Shown one piece after another: positions 58,024 to 64,000 of a stretch of 64,000 bases of DNA. The stretch spans positions 18,615 through 82,614 of the forward strand of contig WGNW01000060.1 of the NCBI GenBank assembly GCA_016124315.1. The letters are read 5' to 3'. Each line of letters opens with the position of its first letter. Position 1 is the stretch's first letter. The notes beneath the pieces are model-generated. The model was not told the DNA's origin and did not search any database. It was given only the letters and a program-made list of their open reading frames with translations. The position numbers and the translations under genes are program-made. The stretch is from Alphaproteobacteria bacterium (GTDB lineage: Bacteria; Pseudomonadota; Alphaproteobacteria; SMXS01).

Positions 58024-58321
58024 GGTTTCGGGTCTCGAAGGCAAGGATGGCGGGTGGGCGGGCAAGGGCGCGTTGATGCGCCCATCGGCGGGCAAGTGCA
58101 ACCGCTTCGTGTCAGCCGGCTCATGAGCCGGCGACATTGCAGACAAGTATGGCCGGCAACGCCGAAGTAAAGGGAGGGCCCCGCCGTTGCGGGGGATGCC
58201 GTACGCCAGGCACCGGCCCTTGTCTGGAATTACGATTTCAGAAATTATAGAGAGCGGAAATGACTCCAAAAGGAAACTGCTCCCTTGACCAACGGTGCGG
58301 GAAAGTGCTCTTAAGCCAGCC

Positions 58322-59311
58322 ATGAGCACCGCAGAACCCCAGGCATCCTACCGTTTGCAGACCGTCTCGCGGGCGCTGGAGACCATCCGGCTGCTCGAGC
58401 AGACCCGGGATCCGCTTTCGCAAAAGGAAATCGCGGAGACGCTGGGCGAGCCCGTGCCCGTGGTGTTCCGCATCCTGCGGACCCTGGAGGGGCACGGCTT
58501 CGTCAGCCGCCGGCCCGACAAGCGCTACCTGCCGCGCGGCACGACGGAGCGCAAGGCCATGGGGGTACCGCTCGACATCATGAAGCACCTGGCGGCGGCC
58601 GGACCCGGCGGGCTGAGCCTGCCGGAGCTGGCGATGCGCACCGGCGCGGAGCCGGCGCATCTGGCGGAAGCGCTGTCGGCGCTCGCCAGCCGTCAGTTGG
58701 CGACGGAAACGGAGACCGGCACCTGGGCGCTGGGCTTCGGGCTGCTGGAGGTGGCGCGTCCGCTGCTGCGCAACACGCTGCGCGCCACCGTGCGGCCGCT
58801 GATGGAGAAGCTGCGGGACGAAAGCGGCGAGACGGCGACGCTGTTCGTTTCGTCCGGCAACCAGCAGGTGGTCGTGGACGTGGCGGTGAGCCGTGAGCCG
58901 CTGCGCTACGAGCTGGAGATCGGCCGCGCCTTCGACCTGCACCGCGGCGCCGCCGGCAAGGCCGCCATGGCCGCCATGGACGACGCCGGGATCGCCGACG
59001 TCCTCGATGGTGCGGGGGTAGCGGGAGACGACCGCCGGCGCGTGCTGGCGGATATCGCGCGGGCGCGGAAGGCGGGCTTCGCCACCTCGAGCGGCGAGCG
59101 GATCGAGGGTGCCTCGGCGGTCGCCGCGGCGGTCCGCGACGAAAGTGGACGGCCGCGCGGGGTGATGGGGCTGATGATGCCCTCGTTCCGCAATCCGCCG
59201 GACCGGCTCGCGCACCTGGGAAGGGTGCTGGCCAATCAACTGACGCAACTCAGGCTGCCCGACGAGATGCCGTCGAACGCGCAGCCGACCGCAGGGGGAG
59301 ACGGGATTTGA
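58322..59311 (+). CDS. IclR family regulator with two HTH domains
   Basis: QTVSRAL...LSQKEIAETLG...VFRILRTL..HGFV; second LSLPELA.RTG unit; effector domain SGETATL, GAAGKA, ASAVAAAV. Confidence 0.85.
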   Translation: MSTAEPQASYRLQTVSRALETIRLLEQTRDPLSQKEIAETLGEPVPVVFRILRTLEGHGFVSRRPDKRYLPRGTTERKAMGVPLDIMKHLAAAGPGGLSLPELAMRTGAEPAHLAEALSALASRQLATETETGTWALGFGLLEVARPLLRNTLRATVRPLMEKLRDESGETATLFVSSGNQQVVVDVAVSREPLRYELEIGRAFDLHRGAAGKAAMAAMDDAGIADVLDGAGVAGDDRRRVLADIARARKAGFATSSGERIEGASAVAAAVRDESGRPRGVMGLMMPSFRNPPDRLAHLGRVLANQLTQLRLPDEMPSNAQPTAGGDGI

Positions 59312-60465
59312 TCAGAGAGCCACAGAAATTCGAGCGGTTCCTCGCCGACGTGCGCGCCTGGGTGCGCGAGGTGGCGATTCCCAACGAGGAACGGGTGGCC
59401 TCGGGAGAGACGATGCCGGAGGATCTGTCGCGGGCGATGGCCGAACAGGGCTTCTTCGGCTGGAGCATCCCCGAGACATATGGCGGCGCGGGCCTGACCA
59501 TGGAGGAGCTGGCGCTGGCGGCGATGGAGATCTCCCAGTGCTCGGTGGCCTACCGAGCCCATGTGGGGACGAACACGGGCATCGGCTCCGAGGCGCTGGT
59601 GGTCGACGGCACGGACGAGCAGAAGCAGCGCTACCTGCCGCGCATGGCCAAGGGCGAGCTGATCGGCTGCCTGGCGGCGACGGAACCCGAGGCCGGCTCG
59701 GACCTGACGGCGCTCCAGACCACGGCGCGGCGCGACGGCGACCACTACGTGCTGAACGGCACCAAGGCGTTCATCACCAACGCGCCGGTGGCCGACCTGT
59801 TCACCGTGATGGCGCGGACCGACGAGAGCAATCCGGGCGCCGGCGGCGTGAGCGCCTTCATCGTCGAGCGGGAGACGCCCGGCCTGACGACGGGCGCTCC
59901 GTACCGGAAGATGGGCCAGGAAGGCGCGCCGGTGTCCGAGGTGTACTTCAACGACTGCCGGGTGCCGGCCTCCAGCGTGATCGGTGGCCAGGAGAACGTC
60001 GGCTTCAAGACCACCATGAAGATCCTGAACAAGCAGCGTCTGCACCTGTCGGCGCTGTCGACGGGCCCGGCGATCCGCATGCTCGACGAGGCGGTGCGGC
60101 ACGCCATGACCCGCAAGCAGTTCGGTCAGCCGATCGGCGACTTCCAGCTGGTGCAGGGGCTGATCGCCGACTGCCAGACGGAGATCCACGCGGCGCGGGC
60201 GCTGATCCTGGAGACGGCCCGCAAGCGCGACCGGGGCGAGGACACCAGCATGGAGGCCTCCATGTGCAAGTACTTCGCCACCGAGATGTGCGGCCGGGTG
60301 GCCGACCGGGCAGTGCAGGTGTTCGGCGGCTCGGGCTACATCGCCGACTACAGCTGCATCGAGCGGTTCTACCGGGACGTGCGGCCGTTCAGGCTCTACG
60401 AGGGCACCAGCCAGATCCACCAGACCACCATCGCGCGGATGACCTACAAGAGGGCGCAGGGCTGA
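59308..60465 (+). CDS. Acyl-CoA dehydrogenase
   Basis: TEPEAGSD, LNGTKAFITN, RKQFGQPIGDFQ, VFGGSGY, RLYEGTSQI; TTGA overlap. Confidence 0.95.
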   Translation: MIREPQKFERFLADVRAWVREVAIPNEERVASGETMPEDLSRAMAEQGFFGWSIPETYGGAGLTMEELALAAMEISQCSVAYRAHVGTNTGIGSEALVVDGTDEQKQRYLPRMAKGELIGCLAATEPEAGSDLTALQTTARRDGDHYVLNGTKAFITNAPVADLFTVMARTDESNPGAGGVSAFIVERETPGLTTGAPYRKMGQEGAPVSEVYFNDCRVPASSVIGGQENVGFKTTMKILNKQRLHLSALSTGPAIRMLDEAVRHAMTRKQFGQPIGDFQLVQGLIADCQTEIHAARALILETARKRDRGEDTSMEASMCKYFATEMCGRVADRAVQVFGGSGYIADYSCIERFYRDVRPFRLYEGTSQIHQTTIARMTYKRAQG

Positions 60466-61457
60466 TGGCGGGGACGTTCCAGGCATTCCGGGTCGAGGCC
60501 CACGGCGAAGCGGGCCGCGGTCGCATCGCCGACATGACGCTGGACGAGCTGAGCGCGGGCGACGTGCTGGTGCGCACGCTCTACGCGGGGGTCAACTACA
60601 AGGACGCACTCGCCGGCACGGGCCAGGGGCGCATCGTGCGCCGCTACCCGTCCGTCGGTGGCATCGAGGCGGTCGGCGTGGTGGAGGAGGTGTCGGACAA
60701 CCCGTCCGTCGCCGAGGGCACCACGGTCATCCTGCATGGCTACGGCCTGGGAGTGGAGCGGGACGGCGGCTTCTCGCCCTGGGTGAGGGTAACCGCCGAC
60801 ATGGTCACGCCGCTCCCGGAAGGGCTGGAGCCGCTGGCGGCGGCGGGCATCGGCGTGGCGGGGCACACCATTGCGGTGGCGCTGGACCTGCTCGAACTCA
60901 ACGGCCTGAAACCCGAGAACGGCCCGGTGGCGGTGACCGGCGCCACCGGCGGCACGGGCAGCCTCGCGGTATCCATGCTTGCGGCGCAAGGCTACGATGT
61001 GGTTGCCGTGTCTCGCAAATCTGCTGCTGAAAGGTATCTTAAAAGCATCGGTGCGAAGGCGGTCATACCGCCACCGGAGGAAACAAGCGCCAGACCTCTC
61101 GAGTCCGCTCGATGGGCAGGCGCCATCGATGCCACAGGTGGCCGTATCCTGGAATGGCTCATTCGCACCATGAAGCCGAACGGCGTCGTTGCCGCGTTCG
61201 GAAACGCTGCGGGTCTGGAACTCAACACCACGGTTCTGCCGTTCATCCTGCGTGGCGTGCGGCTCATCGGCGTCAACGCGGACACAAGGCCGCCCTATCG
61301 CGGGGCAGTCTGGCAAAGATTGGCCACGGACCTTAATCCCAGGTTCATGGACGACATGCTAAGAGTTGTTCGTCTTGAAGAACTGCCGGCAGTCATGGAG
61401 TCCATGGTGGCCGGTACAACACAAGGACGAACCCTCGTCCAATTCAACAGAGACTGA
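60465..61457 (+). CDS. Second AcuI/YhdH-family MDR oxidoreductase
   Basis: TGATG coupling; VNYKDAL, TGATGGTGS, RPLESARWAGAID, TVLPFILRGV. Confidence 0.88.
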   Translation: MAGTFQAFRVEAHGEAGRGRIADMTLDELSAGDVLVRTLYAGVNYKDALAGTGQGRIVRRYPSVGGIEAVGVVEEVSDNPSVAEGTTVILHGYGLGVERDGGFSPWVRVTADMVTPLPEGLEPLAAAGIGVAGHTIAVALDLLELNGLKPENGPVAVTGATGGTGSLAVSMLAAQGYDVVAVSRKSAAERYLKSIGAKAVIPPPEETSARPLESARWAGAIDATGGRILEWLIRTMKPNGVVAAFGNAAGLELNTTVLPFILRGVRLIGVNADTRPPYRGAVWQRLATDLNPRFMDDMLRVVRLEELPAVMESMVAGTTQGRTLVQFNRD

Positions 61458-61481
61458 AGACCGAACAAGACAAGCAAGAAG

Positions 61482-61637
61482 ATGAAAGAAGCAATCGACT
61501 ATCTCCACGACGCACTCAAGCAAATCCAGGAGTTCTTCGCCAAGCCGCGATATCTCCCGGAAAAGCACTACATGCGCGGTCCCGGCCCTGCCTGTGCCGC
61601 CAAGGCCCAGGTCAAGCGCGCTCCAGAGAGCCGCTAA
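61482..61637 (+). CDS. Small 51-aa protein with a Y.PE.HYMRGPGP motif
   Basis: Manual translation MKEAIDYLHDALKQIQEFFAKPRYLPEKHYMRGPGPACAAKAQVKRAPESR; purine-rich leader; shorter than anything in the ORF track. Confidence 0.6.
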   Translation: MKEAIDYLHDALKQIQEFFAKPRYLPEKHYMRGPGPACAAKAQVKRAPESR

Positions 61638-61742
61638 GGCCCGAGCGTTCGAGCGAGCGCAGACCGGCCGTTCCCCTTCGGGATCTCGGCCGTTCCGTCT
61701 TCGCCACCTCTCCCGCCGCGGCGGGACGATCGAACGCCTTTC

Positions 61743-62288
61743 TCAGACCATGATCCGGTTGATGCTGCCGCCATCCATGACGGCATCCCGGTCGTTGTCG
61801 GCCACGAACTCCCGCACCATGCGGTAGAGGGCCCGGATTCCCTCCGATTCCTTGTAGATTTCGATCATGTGGCCGTTGACCGCGCTGGTGTCCATGTAGG
61901 CCGCCAGCCCGCCGTCCGGCAGCTCGAACAGCTGGGCGCAAGGACAGCCCGCGTCCTCGTAGGCCTTTTTCGCTTCCTCGTAGTCGGGGACGAACATGGC
62001 GGTGTGATGGAAGCCCTGCTTTCCCTTCGGATAGAGATCGCGGTAGCAGGACGGTGCATCGTTGTGCTGCTGGATCAGCTCGATCTGCACGTCGCCGGCC
62101 TGGGTGAACGCGGCGGACATGTCGACCACCGCCGGTTTGCCCCGATACCACACCTTCGGCAGTTCCACGTGACGCAGGATCATCCAGGGACCGTAACCGG
62201 CGGTGCGGGTGAGGCGGCCGACTGCCTCGTCGACGTCGTTGACCAGATAGGCGTTCTGGATCACTTCGTAGGGCGGCAGGCGCGACAT
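61743..62288 (-). CDS. VOC/glyoxalase family protein (methylmalonyl-CoA epimerase-like)
   Basis: QNAYLV.D, G.GPW, QIELIQQ, GFHHTA, MIEI; SD aggag. Confidence 0.86.
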   Translation of the reverse strand: MSRLPPYEVIQNAYLVNDVDEAVGRLTRTAGYGPWMILRHVELPKVWYRGKPAVVDMSAAFTQAGDVQIELIQQHNDAPSCYRDLYPKGKQGFHHTAMFVPDYEEAKKAYEDAGCPCAQLFELPDGGLAAYMDTSAVNGHMIEIYKESEGIRALYRMVREFVADNDRDAVMDGGSINRIMV

Positions 62289-62298
62289 GGTCGTCTCC

Positions 62299-62643
62299 TC
62301 AGGCGGTGAAGAAGTCGGCGCGGGGCTTGCCCGACGGGTCGTACACGGGTTCGATCAGATCGACGCGGAACTTGCGGACCTTGGAGTCCTTGCGCGGGTA
62401 TTTCCGCAGGTGGGCGCCCATGTCCCGGTACCAGTGATTGTCGAAGTGGTATTGCAGGTCGGCGGTTTCGGCCCATTCCTCGTAGACGTGGATTCGGCTG
62501 GGAACGAGCACGTCCTTGGTCCAGATGTAGTGGATGCAGCCGTTCTCCGTATAGGCGCCCTCGATGTGCTCCTTGGCGGTGGCGATGATCTCGGAAACGT
62601 CGTCGACGTCGAAGTCCATCCAGCCGGATATGATGATGGCCAT
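62299..62643 (-). CDS. ABM-domain (putative quinol monooxygenase) protein
   Basis: E.GC..Y.W..D.....RIHVYEEW.....L..HF. Confidence 0.82.
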   Translation of the reverse strand: MAIIISGWMDFDVDDVSEIIATAKEHIEGAYTENGCIHYIWTKDVLVPSRIHVYEEWAETADLQYHFDNHWYRDMGAHLRKYPRKDSKVRKFRVDLIEPVYDPSGKPRADFFTA

Positions 62644-62826
62644 CTCGCTCTCCCTGTGCCGATCCCCGGGTTTCGCCCGTAGCATAATCATGCGCCCGTG
62701 ACGGAAAAGGAAAATCTCCCCGTTCCGGCCGGTTGGCAGGCCTTCGCGCGGTGGCTATGGTGCGGGTCGAAGGCGCCGCGCACAGGGGAGGCGTTGCCGC
62801 CAGTCCTCAAACCGAGAGAGTGAATC

Positions 62827-63852
62827 ATGAGCAAGGAAAGCCGTCAGTGGGTGTTGAAGTCGCGGCCGCCGGGCCTGGTCGGGCCGGAACACTTCGAGCT
62901 GAAGCAGACCAGCGTGGGAGAGCCCGGCGAAGGCGAGATCCTGGTGCGCACCCTTTACCTGTCGTTCGATCCGACCCAGCGCGGCTGGCTGAACGAGGGA
63001 CCGGGCTACACCGATCCGGTGGCGATCGGCGCCCCGATGTTCGGCGCCGGCCTGGGGCAGGTGGTCAAGTCCAACGATCCGAAGTTCCAGGAGGGTGACA
63101 TCCTCAACGGGATGATGCCGTGGCAGGACTACGCGCTCATCAAGGACGGCGGCCTGATGCCGCTGCACAAGGTGTCGCGCGAGCATCCGCTGACATGGGC
63201 GTTCTCGGTGTTCGGCATCACCACCATGACCGCCTATTTCGGTCTGCAGGAAGTGGGCCAGGTGAAGGAAGGCGACGTGGTGCTGATCTCGGGCGCGGCC
63301 GGGGCGACCGGCTCGGCGGTGGCGGAGATCGCCAAGATCCGCGGCGCCAGCAAGGTGATCGGCGTCGCCGGCGGTCCGGAAAAGTGCACCTGGATCGTCG
63401 GCGAAGGCGCCTGCGACGCGGCGATCGACTACAAGAACGACGATATCGCCGCCAGGCTGAAGGAGCTGGCGCCCGACGGCGTCAACGTGTTCTACGACAA
63501 CACCGGCGGCCCGGTGCTCGACGCGGCGCTCGCCAACCTGGCCGACCGGGCCCGCGTCGTCATCTGCGGCGGCATCGCCACCGGCTATTCCAGCTGGGAA
63601 ATGCCCGAGGGCCCGAAGAACTACCTGTTCCTGATCCTGAAGAGCGCCCGGATGGAAGGCTTCCTGCTGTTCAACTACATGGACAGGTTCCCGCAGGCGA
63701 TCGCCGACATCGGCAAGTGGGTGCAGCAGGGCAAGCTGAAGGTCCACGAGACACTGCTCGAGGGCCTGGAGAACGCGCCCGCGGCGCTGCAAGGGCTGTT
63801 CACCGGCAAGAACAAGGGCAAGACCATCCTGAAGGTCGCCGACCCGGACTGA
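62827..63852 (+). CDS. NADP-dependent oxidoreductase (CurA/prostaglandin reductase family)
   Basis: YLSFDPTQRGW, TAYFGL, SGAAGATGS, GVAGGPEKC, LFTGKNKGK. Confidence 0.93.
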   Translation: MSKESRQWVLKSRPPGLVGPEHFELKQTSVGEPGEGEILVRTLYLSFDPTQRGWLNEGPGYTDPVAIGAPMFGAGLGQVVKSNDPKFQEGDILNGMMPWQDYALIKDGGLMPLHKVSREHPLTWAFSVFGITTMTAYFGLQEVGQVKEGDVVLISGAAGATGSAVAEIAKIRGASKVIGVAGGPEKCTWIVGEGACDAAIDYKNDDIAARLKELAPDGVNVFYDNTGGPVLDAALANLADRARVVICGGIATGYSSWEMPEGPKNYLFLILKSARMEGFLLFNYMDRFPQAIADIGKWVQQGKLKVHETLLEGLENAPAALQGLFTGKNKGKTILKVADPD

Positions 63853-63876
63853 GAAAGATTCCTCGGACCTGACACG

Positions 63877-63905
63877 GGGCGCCCGGCGACCGGGCGCCCT
63901 TCTTC
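63877..63905 (+). terminator. Intrinsic terminator
   Basis: GGGCGCCCGG-cga-CCGGGCGCCC followed by TTCTT. Confidence 0.65.
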
Positions 63906-63924
63906 CTGCAGGGGTGGGCGGAGG

Positions 63925-64000
63925 CTACCGGTTGGCGGCGCGCTGCCAGGGCACCTGCGTCTCCGGCTCGGCGTCTAGGGCGAAGCGCAGGAACTCGATC
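63925..64000 (-). CDS. Possible 3' end of a convergent gene running off the window
   Basis: Frame IEFLRFALDAEPETQVPWQRAANR* with host-like codons, ending at the terminator. Confidence 0.35.
   Translation of the reverse strand, partial: IEFLRFALDAEPETQVPWQRAANR

Noticed and set aside
59538-60464. Apparent 639-aa fusion ORF 59538..61457
   Set aside because: The upstream part is an off-frame read of the acyl-CoA dehydrogenase; the real start is the TGATG-coupled ATG at 60465.
1-64000. rRNA, intact tRNA, IS/transposase, integrase, or retron/DGR reverse transcriptase
   Set aside because: No matching motifs were seen by eye. The autotransporter similarity looks like gene duplication, and no reverse transcriptase is present to support a DGR.

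Overview
GC-rich chromosomal window that looks alphaproteobacterial (inferred from codon style and gene content), with about 55 protein-coding genes. I found no rRNA, intact tRNA, CRISPR array, integrase or transposase. In order: a three-gene phage-like module (VRR-NUC, HTH, DUF6456/GafZ-like); small metabolic genes, a PCu(A)C copper chaperone and a cysE-like gene; an arsR-arsC-acr3 operon; two tandem, collinear, acidic autotransporters (about 1530 and 1610 aa) followed by a cytoplasmic TPR-sulfotransferase; a GH1 beta-glucosidase, a SbmA/BacA/YddA-like transporter with a degenerate ATPase domain, and a glucokinase; an orphan EcfG-like sigma factor; an oxidative block (P450, three Rieske alpha subunits with no electron-transfer partners in the window, four MDR reductases) mixed with MarR-EmrAB-OMF and TetR-RND efflux systems; a DEAD-box helicase; and an operon under a double-HTH IclR. 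Features the ORF track misses: five intergenic GGAAC-N16/17-NGTT ECF promoter motifs, a TonB-dependent receptor C-terminal remnant, a 51-aa ORF, several operator palindromes and two codon-usage mosaics. The best candidate for an undescribed system is the autotransporter pair plus TPR-sulfotransferase (possible sulfation of a surface adhesin). The dead-NBD transporter cluster comes second. All family calls come from motif recognition by eye; no database searches were run.
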